Shown here one piece after another: positions 38,607 to 53,600 of a stretch of 64,000 nucleotides of DNA. Origin of the DNA: Eledone cirrhosa (lineage: Eukaryota). A program made the translations under genes and the position numbers. Location: assembly GCA_964016885.1 (NCBI GenBank), contig OZ024742.1, positions 24,366,001 to 24,430,000 on the forward strand, written 5' to 3'. How positions within the stretch are numbered: position 1 is the first letter of the stretch; each line of letters begins with the position of its first letter. A model generated the notes under the pieces. It had not been told where the DNA came from. It worked only from the letters and a program-made list of their open reading frames with translations, and made no database searches.

Positions 38607-41600
38607 GTGCTGTGGATTGTGGCTTGTTGTTGTGAGGCTGAAGGTAAGAGATGACTGCTGTGGATTGTGGCTTGTTGTTGTGAGGCTGAAGGTATGAGAT
38701 GACTGCTGTGGATTGTGGCCTGTTGCTGTAAGGCTGAAGGTATGAGATGACTGCTGTGGATTGTGGCCTGCTGCTGTAAGGCTGAAGGTATGAGATGACT
38801 GCTGTGGATTGTGGCCTGCTGCTGTAAGGCTGAAGGTATGAGATGACTGCTGTGGATTGTGGCCTGCTGCTGTAAGGCTGAAGGTATGAGATGACTGCTG
38901 TGGATTGTGGCTTGTTGTGAGGCTGAAGGTATGAGATGACTGCTGTGGATTGTGGCTTGTTGTGAGGCTGAAGGTATGAGATGACTGCTGTGGATTGTGG
39001 CTTGTTGTTGTGAGGCTGAAGGTATGAGATGACTGCTGTGGATTGTGGCCTGTTGCTGTAAGGCTGAAGGTATGAGATGACTGCTGTGGATTGTGGCCTG
39101 CTGCTGTAAGGCTGAAGGTATGAGATGACTGCTGTGGATTGTGGCCTGCTGCTGTAAGGCTGAAGGTATGAGATGACTGCTGTGAATTGTGGCCTGCTGC
39201 TGTAAGGCTGAAGGTATGAGATGACTGCTGTAGATTGTGGCCTGCTGCTGTAAGGCTGAAATATGAGATGACTACTGTGGATTGTGACTTGTTGTTGTGA
39301 GGCTGAAGGTATGAGATGACTGCTGTGGATTGTGGCCTGCTGCTGTAAGGCTGAAGGTATGAGATGACTGCTGTGGATTGTGGCCTGTTGCTGTAAGGCT
39401 GAAGGTATGAGATGACTGCTGTGGATTGTGGCCTGTTGCTGTAAGGCTGAAGGTATGAGATGACTGCTGTGGATTGTGGCTTGTTGTTGTGAGGCTGAAG
39501 GTATGAGATGACTGCTGTGGATTGTGGCTTGTTGTTGTGAGGCTGAAGGTATGAGATGACTGCTGTGGATTGTGGCTTGTTGTTGTGAGGCTGAAGGTAT
39601 GAGATGACTGCTGTGGATTGTGGCTTGTTGTTGTGAGGCTGAAGGTATGAGATGACTGCTGTGGATTGTGGCTTGTTGTTGTGAGGCTGAAGGTATGAGA
39701 TGACTGCTGTGGATTGTGGCTTGTTGTGAGGCTGAAGGTATGAGATGACTGCTGTGGATTGTGGCTTGTTGTTGTGAGGCTGAAGGTATGAGATGACTGC
39801 TGTGGATTGTGGCCTGTTGCTGTAAGGCTGAAGGTATGAGATGACTGCTGTGGATTGTGGCCTGCTGCTGTAAGGCTGAAGGTATGAGATGACTGCTGTG
39901 GATTGTGGCCTGCTGCTGTAAGGCTGAAGGTATGAGATGACTGCTGTGAATTGTGGCCTGCTGCTGTAAGGCTGAAGGTATGAGATGACTGCTGTAGATT
40001 GTGGCCTGCTGCTGTAAGGCTGAAATATGAGATGACTACTGTGGATTGTGACTTGTTGTTGTGAGGCTGAAGGTATGAGATGACTGCTGTGGATTGTGGC
40101 CTGCTGCTGTAAGGCTGAAGGTATGAGATGACTGCTGTGGATTGTGGCCTGTTGCTGTAAGGCTGAAGGTATGAGATGACTGCTGTGGATTGTGGCCTGT
40201 TGCTGTAAGGCTGAAGGTATGAGATGACTGCTGTGGATTGTGGCCTGCTGCTGTAAGGCTGAAGGTATGAGATGACTGCTGTGGATTGTGGCCTGCTGCT
40301 GTAAGGCTGAAGGTATGAGATAACTGCTGTGGATTGTGGCTTGTTGTTGTGAGGCTGAAGGTATGAGATGACTGCTGTGGATTGTGGCTTGTTGTGAGGC
40401 TGAAGGTATGAGATGACTTCTGTGGATTGTGGCTTGTTGTTGTGAGGCTGAAGGTATGAGATGACTGCTGTAGATTGTGGCCTGTTGCTGTAAGGCTGAA
40501 GGTATGAGATGACTGCTGTGGATTGTGGCCTGCTGCTGTAAGGCTGAAGGTATGAGATGACTGCTGTGGATTGTGGCCTGCTGCTGTAAGGCTGAAGGTA
40601 TGAGATGACTGCTGTGAATTGTGGCCTGCTGCTGTAAGGCTGAAGGTATGAGATGACTGCTGTAGATTGTGGCCTGCTGCTGTAAGGCTGAAATATGAGA
40701 TGACTACTGTGGATTGTGACTTGTTGTTGTGAGGCTGAAGGTATGAGATGACTGCTGTGGATTGTGGCCTGCTGCTGTAAGGCTGAAGGTATGAGATGAC
40801 TGCTGTGGATTGTGGCCTGTTGCTGTAAGGCTGAAGGTATGAGATGACTGCTGTGGATTGTGGCCTGATGCTGTAAGGCTGAAGGTATGAGATGACTGCT
40901 GTGGATTGTGGCTTGTTGTTGTGAGGCTGAAGGTATGAGATGACTGCTGTGGATTGTGGCTTGTTGTTGTGAGGCTGAAGGTATGAGATGACTGCTGTGG
41001 ATTGTGGCTTGTTGTTGTGAGGCTGAAGGTATGAGATGACTGCTGTGGATTGTGGCTTGTTGTTGTGAGGCTGAAGGTATGAGATGACTGCTGTGGATTG
41101 TGGCTTGTTGTTGTGAGGCTGAAGGTATGAGATGACTGCTGTGGATTGTGGCTTGTTGTGAGGCTGAAGGTATGAGATGACTGCTGTGGATTGTGGCTTG
41201 TTGTTGTGAGGCTGAAGGTATGAGATGACTGCTGTGGATTGTGGCCTGTTGCTGTAAGGCTGAAGGTATGAGATGACTGCTGTGGATTGTGGCCTGCTGC
41301 TGTAAGGCTGAAGGTATGAGATGACTGCTGTGGATTGTGGCCTGCTGCTGTAAGGCTGAAGGTATGAGATGACTGCTGTGAATTGTGGCCTGCTGCTGTA
41401 AGGCTGAAGGTATGAGATGACTGCTGTAGATTGTGGCCTGCTGCTGTAAGGCTGAAATATGAGATGACTACTGTGGATTGTGACTTGTTGTTGTGAGGCT
41501 GAAGGTATGAGATGACTGCTGTGGATTGTGGCCTGCTGCTGTAAGGCTGAAGGTATGAGATGACTGCTGTGGATTGTGGCCTGTTGCTGTAAGGCTGAAG

Positions 41601-44600
41601 GTATGAGATGACTGCTGTGGATTGTGGCCTGTTGCTGTAAGGCTGAAGGTATGAGATGACTGCTGTGGATTGTGGCTTGTTGTTGTGAGGCTGAAGGTAT
41701 GAGATGACTGCTGTGGATTGTGGCTTGTTGTTGTGAGGCTGAAGGTATGAGATGACTGCTGTGGATTGTGGCTTGTTGTTGTGAGGCTGAAGGTATGAGA
41801 TGACTGCTGTGGATTGTGGCTTGTTGTTGTGAGGCTGAAGGTATGAGATGACTGCTGTGGATTGTGGCTTGTTGTTGTGAGGCTGAAGGTATGAGATGAC
41901 TGCTGTGGATTGTGGCTTGTTGTTGTGAGGCTGAAGGTATGAGATGACTGCTGTGGATTGTGGCCTGTTGCTGTAAGGCTGAAGGTATGAGATGACTGCT
42001 GTGGATTGTGGCCTGTTGCTGTAAGGCTGAAGGTATGAGATGACTGCTGTGGATTGTGGCTTGTTGTTGTGAGGCTGAAGGTATGAGATGACTGCTGTGA
42101 ATTGTGGCCTGCTGCTGTAAGGCTGAAGGTATGAGATGACTGCTGTAGATTGTGGCCTGCTGCTGTAAGGCTGAAATATGAGATGACTACTGTGGATTGT
42201 GACTTGTTGTTGTGAGGCTGAAGGTATGAGATGACTGCTGTGGATTGTGGCCTGCTGCTGTAAGGCTGAAGGTATGAGATGACTGCTGTGGATTGTGGCC
42301 TGTTGCTGTAAGGCTGAAGGTATGAGATGACTGCTGTGGATTGTGGCCTGTTGCTGTAAGGCTGAAGGTATGAGATGACTGCTGTGGATTGTGGCTTGTT
42401 GTTGTGAGGCTGAAGGTATGAGATGACTGCTGTGGATTGTGGCTTGTTGTTGTGAGGCTGAAGGTATGAGATGACTGCTGTGGATTGTGGCTTGTTGTTG
42501 TGAGGCTGAAGGTATGAGATGACTGCTGTGGATTGTGGCTTGTTGTTGTGAGGCTGAAGGTATGAGATGACTGCTGTGGATTGTGGCTTGTTGTTGTGAG
42601 GCTGAAGGTATGAGATGACTGCTGTGGATTGTGGCTTGTTGTGAGGCTGAAGGTATGAGATGACTGCTGTGGATTGTGGCTTGTTGTTGTGAGGCTGAAG
42701 GTATGAGATGACTGCTGTGGATTGTGGCCTGTTGCTGTAAGGCTGAAGGTATGAGATGACTGCTGTGGATTGTGGCCTGCTGCTGTAAGGCTGAAGGTAT
42801 GAGATGACTGCTGTGGATTGTGGCCTGCTGCTGTAAGGCTGAAGGTATGAGATGACTGCTGTGAATTGTGGCCTGCTGCTGTAAGGCTGAAGGTATGAGA
42901 TGACTGCTGTAGATTGTGGCCTGCTGCTGTAAGGCTGAAATATGAGATGACTACTGTGGATTGTGACTTGTTGTTGTGAGGCTGAAGGTATGAGATGACT
43001 GCTGTGGATTGTGGCCTGCTGCTGTAAGGCTGAAGGTATGAGATGACTGCTGTGGATTGTGGCCTGTTGCTGTAAGGCTGAAGGTATGAGATGACTGCTG
43101 TGGATTGTGGCCTGTTGCTGTAAGGCTGAAGGTATGAGATGACTGCTGTGGATTGTGGCTTGTTGTTGTGAGGCTGAAGGTATGAGATGACTGCTGTGGA
43201 TTGTGGCTTGTTGTTGTGAGGCTGAAGGTATGAGATGACTGCTGTGGATTGTGGCTTGTTGTTGTGAGGCTGAAGGTATGAGATGACTGCTGTGGATTGT
43301 GGCTTGTTGTTGTGAGGCTGAAGGTATGAGATGACTGCTGTGGATTGTGGCTTGTTGTTGTGAGGCTGAAGGTATGAGATGACTGCTGTGGATTGTGGCT
43401 TGTTGTTGTGAGGCTGAAGGTATGAGATGACTGCTGTGGATTGTGGCCTGTTGCTGTAAGGCTGAAGGTATGAGATGACTGCTGTGGATTGTGGCCTGTT
43501 GCTGTAAGGCTGAAGGTATGAGATGACTGCTGTGGATTGTGGCTTGTTGTTGTGAGGCTGAAGGTATGAGATGACTGCTGTGGATTGTGGCTTGTTGTTG
43601 TGAGGCTGAAGTTATGAGATGACTGTTGTGGATTGTGGCTTGTTGTTGTGAGGCTGAAGGTATGAGATGACTGCTGTGGATTGTGGCTTGTTGTTGTGAG
43701 GCTGAAGGTATGAGATGACTGCTGTGGATTGTGGCCTGTTGCTGTAAGGCTGAAGGTATGAGATGACTGCTGTGGATTGTGGCCTGCTGCTGTAAGGCTG
43801 AAGGTATGAGATGACTGCTGTGGATTGTGGCCTGCTGCTGTAAGGCTGAAGGTATGAGATGACTGCTGTGGATTGTGGCTTGTTGTTGTGAGGCTGAAGT
43901 TATGAGATGACTGCTGTGGATTGTGGCCTGCTGCTGTAAGGCTGAAGGTATGAGATGACTGCTGTGGATTGTGGCCTGCTGCTGTAAGGCTGAAGGTATG
44001 AGATGACTGCTGTGAATTGTGGCCTGCTGCTGTAAGGCTGAAGGTATGAGATGACTGCTGTAGATTGTGGCCTGCTGCTGTAAGGCTGAAATATGAGATG
44101 ACTACTGTGGATTGTGGCTTGTTGTTGTGAGGCTGAAGGTATGAGATGACTGCTGTGGATTGTGGCCTGCTGCTGTAAGGCTGAAGGTATGAGATGACTG
44201 CTGTGGATTGTGGCCTGTTGCTGTAAGGCTGAAGGTATGAGATGACTGCTGTGGATTGTGGCCTGTTGCTGTAAGGCTGAAGGTATGAGATGACTGCTGT
44301 GGATTGTGGCTTGTTGTTGTGAGGCTGAAGGTATGAGATGACTGCTGTGGATTGCGGCCTGTTGCTGTAAGACTGAAGGTATGAGATGACTGCTGTGGAT
44401 TGTGGCTTGTTGTTGTGAGGCTGAAGGTATGAGATGACTGCTGTGGATTGTGGCTTGTTGTTGTGAGGCTAAAGGTATGAGATGACTGCTGTGGATTGTG
44501 GCCTGCTGCTGTAAGGCTGAAGTTATGAGATGACTGCGGTGGATTGTGGCCTGCTGCTGTAAGGCTGAAGGTATGAGATGACTGCTGTGGATTGTGGCTT

Positions 44601-47600
44601 GTTGTTGTGAGGCTGAAGGTATGAGATGACTGCTGTGGATTGTGGATTGTTGTTGTGAGGCTTAAGGTATGACATGATTGCTGTGGATTGTGGCCTGCTG
44701 CTGTAAGGCTGAAGGTATGAGATGACTGCTGTGGATTGTGGCTTGTTGTTGTGAGGCTGAAGGTATGAGATGACTGCTGTGGATTGTGGCTTGTTGTTGT
44801 GAGGCTGAAGGTATGAGATGACTGCTGTGGATTGTGGCTTGTTGTTGTGAGGCTGAAGGTATGAGATGACTGCTGTGGATTGTGGCTTGTTGTTGTGAGG
44901 CTTAAGGTATGAGATGACTGCTGTGGATTGTGGCTTGTTGTTGTGAGGCTGAAGGTATGAGATGACTGCTGTGGATTGTGGCCTGTTGCTGTAAGGCTGA
45001 AGGTATGAGATAACTGCTGTGGATTGTGGCCTGCTGCTGTAAGGCTGAAGGTATGAGATGACTGCTGTGGATTGTGGCCTGCTGCTGTAAGGCTGAAGGT
45101 ATGAGATGACTGCTGTGAATTGTGGCCTGCTGCTGTAAGGCTGAAGGTATGAGATGACTGCTGTAGATTGTGGCCTGCTGCTGCAAGGCTGAAATATGAG
45201 ATGACTACTGTGGATTGTGGCTTGTTGTTGTGAGGCTGAAGGTATGAGATGACTGCTGTGGATTGTGGCCTGCTGCTGTAAGGCTGAAGGTATGAGATGA
45301 CTGCTGTGGATTGTGGCCTGTTGCTGTAAGGCTGAAGGTATGAGATGACTGCTGTGGATTGTGGCCTGTTGCTGTAAGGCTGAAGGTATGAGATGACTGC
45401 TGTGGATTGTGGCTTGTTGTTGTGAGGCTGAAGGTATGAGATGACTGCTATGGATTGTGGCTTGTTGTTGTGAGGCTGAAGGTATGAGATGACTGCTGTG
45501 GATTGTGGCTTGTTGTTGTGAGGCTGAAGGTATGAGATGACTGCTGTGGATTGTGGCTTGTTGTTGTGAGGCTGAAGGTATGAGATGACTGCTGTGGATT
45601 GTGGCCTGTTGCTGTAAGGCTGAAGGTATGAGATGACTGCTGTGGATTGTGGCTTGTTGTTGTGAGGCTGAAGGTATGAGATGACTGCTGTGGATTGTGG
45701 CTTGTTGTGAGGCTGAAGGTATGAGATGACTGCTGTGGATTGTGGCTTGTTGTTGTGAGGCTGAAGGTATGAGATGACTGCTGTGGATTGTGGCCTGCTG
45801 CTGCAAGGCTGAAATATGAGATGACTACTGTGGATTGTGGCTTGTTGTTGTGAGGCTGAAGGTATGAGATGACTGCTGTGGATTGTGGCCTGCTGCTGTA
45901 AGGCTGAAGGTATGAGATGGCTGCTGTGGATTGTGGCCTGTTGCTGTAAGGCTGAAGGTATGAGATGACTGCTGTGGATTGTGGCCTGTTGCTGTAAGGC
46001 TGAAGGTATGAGATGACTGCTGTGGATTGTGGCTTGTTGTTGTGAGGCTGAAGGTATGAGATGACTGCTGTGGATTGTGGCTTGTTGTTGTGAGGCTGAA
46101 GGTATGAGATGACTGCTGTGGATTGTGGCTTGTTGTTGTGAGGCTGAAGGTATGAGATGACTGCTGTGGATTGTGGCTTGTTGTTGTGAGGCTGAAGGTA
46201 TGAGATGACTGCTGTGGATTGTGGCCTGTTGCTGTAAGGCTGAAGGTATGAGATGACTGCTGTGGATTGTGGCTTGTTGTTGTGAGGCTGAAGGTATGAG
46301 ATGACTGCTGTGGATTGTGGCTTGTTGTGAGGCTGAAGGTATGAGATGACTGCTGTGGATTGTGGCTTGTTGTTGTGAGGCTGAAGGTATGAGATGACTG
46401 CTGTGGATTGTGGCTTGTTGTTGTGAGGCTGAAGGTATGAGATGACTGCTGTGGATTGTGGCCTGTTGCTGTAAGGCTGAAGGTATGAGATGACTGCTGT
46501 GGACTGTGGCCTGCTGCTGTAAGGCTGAAGGTATGAGATGACTGCTGTGGATTGTGGCCTGCTGCTGTAAGGCTGAAGGTATGAGATGACTGCTGTGGAT
46601 TGTGGCTTGTTGTTGTGAGGCTGAAGTTATGAGATGACTGCTGTGGATTGTGGCCTGCTGCTGTAAGGCTGAAGGTATGAGATGACTGCTGTGGATTGTG
46701 GCCTGCTGCTGTAAGGCTGAAGGTATGAGATGACTGCTGTGGATTGTGGCCTGCTGCTGTAAGGCTGAAGGTATGAGATGACTGCTGTGGATTGTGGCTT
46801 GTTGTTGTGAGGCTGAATGTATGAGATGACTGCTGTGGATTGTGGCCTGCTGCTGTAAGGCTGAAATATGAGATGACTACTGTGGATTGTGGCTTGTTGT
46901 TGTGAGGCTGAAGGTATGAGATGACTGCTGTGGATTGTGGATTGTTGTTGTGAGGCTTAAGGTATGACATGACTGCTGTGGATTGTGGCCTGCTGCTGTA
47001 AGGCTGAAGGTATGAGATGATTGCTGTGGATTGTGGCTTGTTGTTGTGAGGCTGAAGGTATGAGATGACTGCTATGGATTGTGGCTTGTTGTTGTGAGGC
47101 TGAAGGTATGAGATGACTGGTGTAGATTGTGGCCTGCTGCTGCAAGGCTGAAATATGAGATGACTACTGTGGATTGTGGCTTGTTGTTGTGAGGCTGAAG
47201 GTATGAGATGACTGCTGTGGATTGTGGCCTGCTGCTGTAAGGCTGAAGGTATGAGATGACTGCTGTGGATTGTGGCCTGTTGCTGTAAGGCTGAAGGTAT
47301 GAGATGACTGCTGTGGATTGTGGCTTGTTGTTGTGAGGCTGAAGGTATGAGATGACTGCTGTGGATTGTGGCTTGTTGTTGTGAGGCTGAAGGTATGAGA
47401 TGACTGCTGTGGATTGTGGCTTGTTGTTGTGAGGCTGAAGGTATGAGATGACTGCTGTGGATTGTGGCCTGTTGCTGTAAGGCTGAAGGTATGAGATGAC
47501 TGCTGTGGATTGTGGCCTGTTGCTGTAAGGCTGAAGGTATGAGATGACTGCTGTGGATTGTGGCTTGTTGTTGTGAGGCTGAAGGTATGAGATGACTGCT

Positions 47601-50600
47601 GTGGATTGTGGCTTGTTGTTGTGAGGCTGAAGGTATGAGATGACTGCTGTGGATTGTGGCTTGTTGTTGTGAGGCTGAAGGTATGAGATGACTGCTGTGG
47701 ATTGTGGCTTGTTGTTGTGAGGCTGAAGGTATGAGATGACTGCTGTGGATTGTGGCCTGTTGCTGTAAGGCTGAAGGTATGAGATGACTGCTGTGGATTG
47801 TGGCTTGTTGTTGTGAGGCTGAAGGTATGAGATGACTGCTGTGGATTGTGGCTTGTTGTGAGGCTGAAAGTATGAGATGACTGCTGTGGATTGTGGCTTG
47901 TTGTTGTGAGGCTGAAGGTATGAGATGACTGCTGTGGATTGTGGCTTGTTGTTGTGAGGCTGAAGGTATGAGATGACTGCTGTGGATTGTGGCCTGTTGC
48001 TGTAAGGCTGAAGGTATGAGATGACTGCTGTGGATTGTGGCCTGCTGCTGTAAGGCTGAAGGTATGAGATGACTGCTGTGGATTGTGGCCTGCTGCTGTA
48101 AGGCTGAAGGTATGAGATGACTGCTGTGGATTGTGGCTTGTTGTTGTGAGGCTGAAGTTATGAGATGACTGCTGTGGATTGTGGCCTGCTGCTGTAAGGC
48201 TGAAGGTATGAGATGACTGCTGTGGATTGTGGCCTGCTGCTGTAAGGCTGAAGGTATGAGATGACTGCTGTGGATTGTGGCCTGCTGCTGTAAGGCTGAA
48301 GGTATGAGATGACTGCTGTGGATTGTGGCTTGTTGTTGTGAGGCTGAAGGTATGAGATGACTGCTGTGGATTGTGGCCTGCTGCTGTAAGGCTGAAATAT
48401 GAGATGACTACTGTGGATTGTGGCTTGTTGTTGTGAGGCTGAAGGTATGAGATGACTGCTGTGGATTGTGGATTGTTGTTGTGAGGCTTAAGGTATGACA
48501 TGACTGCTGTGGATTGTGGCCTGCTGCTGTAAGGCTGAAGGTATGAGATGACTGCTGTGGATTGTGGCTTGTTGTTGTGAGGCTGAAGGTATGAGATGAC
48601 TGCTATGGATTGTGGCTTGTTGTTGTGAGGCTGAAGGTATGAGATGACTGCTGTAGATTGTGGCCTGCTGCTGCAAGGCTGAAATATGAGATGACTACTG
48701 TGGATTGTGGCTTGTTGTTGTGAGGCTGAAGGTATGAGATGACTGCTGTGGATTGTGGCCTGCTGCTGTAAGGCTGAAGGTATGAGATGACTGCTGTGGA
48801 TTGTGGCCTGTTGCTGTAAGGCTGAAGGTATGAGATGACTGCTGTGGATTGTGGCCTGTTGCTGTAAGGCTGAAGGTATGAGATGACTGCTGTGGATTGT
48901 GGCTTGTTGTTGTGAGGCTGAAGGTATGAGATGACTGCTGTGGATTGTGGCTTGTTGTTGTGAGGCTGAAGGTATGAGATGACTACTGTGGATTGTGGCT
49001 TGTTGTTGTGAGGCTGAAGGTATGAGATGACTGCTGTGGATTGTGGCCTGTTGCTGTAAGGCTGAAGGTATGAGATGACTGCTGTGGATTGTGGCTTGTT
49101 GTTGTGAGGCTGAAGGTATGAGATGACTGCTGTGGATTGTGGCTTGTTGTGAGGCTGAAGGTATGAGATGACTGCTGTGGATTGTGGCTTGTTGTTGTGA
49201 GGCTGAAGATATGAGATGACTGCTGTGGATTGTAGCCTGCTGCTGCAAGGCTGAAATATGAGATGACTACTGTGGATTGTGGCTTGTTGTTGTGAGGCTG
49301 AAGGTATGAGATGACTGCTGTGGATTGTGGCCTGCTGCTGTAAGGCTGAAGGTATGAGATGACTGCTGTGGATTGTGGCCTGTTGCTGTAAGGCTGAAGG
49401 TATGAGATGACTGCTGTGGATTGTGGCTTGTTGTTGTGAGGCTGAAGGTATGAGATGACTGCTGTGGATTGTGGCTTGTTGTGAGGCTGAAGGTATGAGA
49501 TGACTGCTGTGGATTGTGGCTTGTTGTTGTGAGGCTGAAGGTATGAGATGACTGCTGTGGATTGTGGCCTGTTGCTGTAAGGCTGAAGGTATGAGATGAC
49601 TGCTGTGGATTGTGGCCTGTTGCTGTAAGGCTGAAGGTATGAGATGACTGCTGTGGATTGTGGCTTGTTGTTGTGAGGCTGAAGGTATGAGATGACTGCT
49701 GTGGATTGTGGCTTGTTGTTGTGAGGCTGAAGGTATGAGATGACTGCTGTGGATTGTGGCTTGTTGTTGTGAGGCTGAAGGTATGAGATGACTGCTGTGG
49801 ATTGTGGCTTGTTGTTGTGAGGCTGAAGGTATGAGATGACTGCTGTGGATTGTGGCCTGTTGCTGTGAGGCTGAAGGTATGAGATGACTGCTGTGGATTG
49901 TGGCTTGTTGTTGTGAGGCTGAAGGTATGAGATGACTGCTGTGGATTGTGGCTTGTTGTGAGGCTGAAGGTATGAGATGACTGCTGTGGATTGTGGCTTG
50001 TTGTTGTGAGGCTGAAGGTATGAGATGACTGCTGTGGATTGTGGCTTGTTGTTGTGAGGCTGAAGGTATGAGATGACTGCTGTGGATTGTGGCCTGTTGC
50101 TGTAAGGCTGAAGGTATGAGATGACTGCTGTGGATTGTGGCCTGCTGCTGTAAGGCTGAAGGTATGAGATGACTGCTGTGGATTGTGGCCTGCTGCTGTA
50201 AGGCTGAAGGTATGAGATGACTGCTGTGGATTGTGGCTTGTTGTTGTTAGGCTGAAGTTATGAGATGACTGCTGTGGATTGTGGCCTGCTGCTGTAAGGC
50301 TGAAGGTATGAGATGACTGCTGTGGATTGTGGCCTGCTGCTGTAAGGCTGAAGGTATGAGATGACTGCTGTGGATTGTGGCCTGCTGCTGTAAGGCTGAA
50401 GGTATGAGATGACTGCTGTGGATTGTGGCTTGTTGTTGTGAGGCTGAAGGTATGAGATGACTGCTGTGGATTGTGGCCTGCTGCTGTAAGGCTGAAATAT
50501 GAGATGACTACTGTGGATTGTGGCTTGTTGTTGTGAGGCTGAAGGTATGAGATGACTGCTGTGGATTGTGGATTGTTGTTGTGAGGCTTAAGGTATGACA

Positions 50601-53600
50601 TGACTGCTGTGGATTGTGGCCTGCTGCTGTAAGGCTGAAGGTATGAGATGACTGCTGTGGATTGTGGCTTGTTGTTGTGAGGCTGAAGGTATGAGATGAC
50701 TGCTATGGATTGTGGCTTGTTGTTGTGAGGCTGAAGGTATGAGATGACTGCTGTAGATTGTGGCCTGCTGCTGCAAGGCTGAAATATGAGATGACTACTG
50801 TGGATTGTGGCTTGTTGTTGTGAGGCTGAAGGTATGAGATGACTGCTGTGGATTGTGGCCTGCTGCTGTAAGGCTGAAGGTATGAGATGACTGCTGTGGA
50901 TTGTGGCCTGTTGCTGTAAGGCTGAAGGTATGAGATGACTGCTGTGGATTGTGGCCTGTTGCTGTAAGGCTGAAGGTATGAGATGACTGCTGTGGATTGT
51001 GGCTTGTTGTTGTGAGGCTGAAGGTATGAGATGACTGCTGTGGATTGTGGCTTGTTGTTGTGAGGCTGAAGGTATGAGATGACTACTGTGGATTGTGGCT
51101 TGTTGTTGTGAGGCTGAAGGTATGAGATGACTGCTGTGGATTGTGGCCTGTTGCTGTAAGGCTGAAGGTATGAGATGACTGCTGTGGATTGTGGCTTGTT
51201 GTTGTGAGGCTGAAGGTATGAGATGACTGCTGTGGATTGTGGCTTGTTGTGAGGCTGAAGGTATGAGATGACTGCTGTGGATTGTGGCTTGTTGTTGTGA
51301 GGCTGAAGATATGAGATGACTGCTGTGGATTGTAGCCTGCTGCTGCAAGGCTGAAATATGAGATGACTACTGTGGATTGTGGCTTGTTGTTGTGAGGCTG
51401 AAGGTGTGAGATGACTGCTGTGGATTGTGGCCTGCTGCTGTAAGGCTGAAGGTATGAGATGGCTGCTGTGGATTGTGGCCTGTTGCTGTAAGGCTGAAGG
51501 TATGAGATGACTGCTGTGGATTGTGGCCTGTTGTTGTGAGGCTGAAGGTATGAGATGACTGCTGTGGATTGTGGCTTGTTGTTGTGAGGCTGAAGGTATG
51601 AGATGACTGCTGTGGATTGTGGCTTGTTGTTGTGAGGCTGAAGGTATGAGATGACTGCTGTGGATTGTGGCTTGTTGTTGTGAGGCTGAAGGTATGAGAT
51701 GACTGCTGTGGATTGTGGCCTGTTGCTGTAAGGCTGAAGGTATGAGATGACTGCTGTGGATTGTGGCTTGTTGTTGTGAGGCTGAAGGTATGAGATGACT
51801 GCTGTGGATTGTGGCTTGTTGTGAGGCTGAAGGTATGAGAAGACTGCTGTGGATTGTGGCTTGTTGTTGTGAGGCTGAAGGTATGAGATGACTGCTGTGG
51901 ATTGTGGCCTGTTGCTGTAAGGCTGAAGGTATGAGATGACTGCTGTGGATTGTGGCCTGCTGCTGTAAGGCTGAAGGTATGAGATGACTGCTGTGGATTG
52001 TGGCCTGCTGCTGTAAGGCTGAAGGTATGAGATGACTGCTGTGGATTGTGGCCTGCTGCTGTAAGGCTGAAGGTATGAGATGACTGCTGTGGATTGTGGC
52101 CTGTTGCTGTAAGGCTGAAGGTATGAGATGACTGCTGTGGATTGTGGCTTGTTGTTGTGAGGCTGAAGGTATGAGATGACTGCTGTGGATTGTGGCTTGT
52201 TGTTGTGAGGCTGAAGGTATGAGATGACTGCTGTGGATTGTGGCTTGTTGTTGTGAGGCTGAAGGTATGAGATGACTGCTGTGGATTGTGACCTGTTGCT
52301 GTAAGGCTGAAGGTATGAGATGACTGCTGTGGATTGTGGCTTGTTGTTGTGAGGCTGAAGGTATGAGATGACTGCTGTGGATTGTGGCTTGTTGTGAGGC
52401 TGAAGGTATGAGATGACTGCTATGGATTGTGGCTTGTTGTTGTGAGGCTGAAGGTATGAGATGACTGCTGTGGATTGTGGCCTGCTGCTGCAAGGCTGAA
52501 ATATGAGATGACTACTGTGGATTGTGGCTTGTTGTTGTGAGGCTGAAGGTATGAGATGACTGCTGTGGATTGTGGCCTGCTGCTGTAAGGCTGAAGGTAT
52601 GAGATGGCTGCTGTGGATTGTGGCCTGTTGCTGTAAGGCTGAAGGTATGAGATGACCGCTGTGGATTGTGGCCTGTTGCTGTAAGGCTGAAGGTATGAGA
52701 TGACTGCTGTGGATTGTGGCTTGTTGTTGTGAGGCTGAAGGTATGAGATGACTGCTGTGGATTGTGGCTTGTTGTTGTGAGGCTGAAGGTATGAGATGAC
52801 TGCTGTGGATTGTGGCTTGTTGTTGTGAGGCTGAAGGTATGAGATGACTGCTGTGGATTGTGGCTTGTTGTTGTGAGGCTGAAGGTATGAGATGACTGCT
52901 GTGGATTGTGGCCTGTTGCTGTAAGGCTGAAGGTATGAGATGACTGCTGTGGATTGTGGCTTGTTGTTGTGAGGCTGAAGGTATGAGATGACTGCTGTGG
53001 ATTGTGGCTTGTTGTGAGGCTGAAGGTATGAGATGACTGCTGTGGATTGTGGCTTGTTGTTGTGAGGCTGAAGGTATGAGATGACTGCTGTGGATTGTGG
53101 CTTGTTGTTGTGAGGCTGAAGGTATGAGATGACTGCTGTGGATTGTGGCCTGTTGCTGTAAGGCTGAAGGTATGAGATGACTGCTGTGGATTGTGGCCTG
53201 CTGCTGTAAGGCTGAAGGTATGAGATGACTGCTGTGGATTGTGGCTTGTTGTTGTGAGGCTGAAGTTATGAGATGACTGCTGTGGATTGTGGCCTGCTGC
53301 TGTAAGGCTGAAGGTATGAGATGACTGCTGTGGATTGTGGCCTGCTGCTGTAAGGCTGAAGGTATGAGATGACTGCTGTGGATTGTGGCCTGCTGCTGTA
53401 AGGCTGAAGGTATGAGATGACTGCTGTAGATTGTGGCTTGCTGCTGTAAGGCTGAAATATGAGATGACTACTGTGGATTGTGGCTTGTTGTTGTGAGGCT
53501 GAAAGTATGAGATGACTGCTGTGGATTGTGGATTGTTGTTGTGAGGCTTAAGGTATGACATGACTGCTGTGGATTGTGGCCTGCTGCTGTAAGGCTGAAG

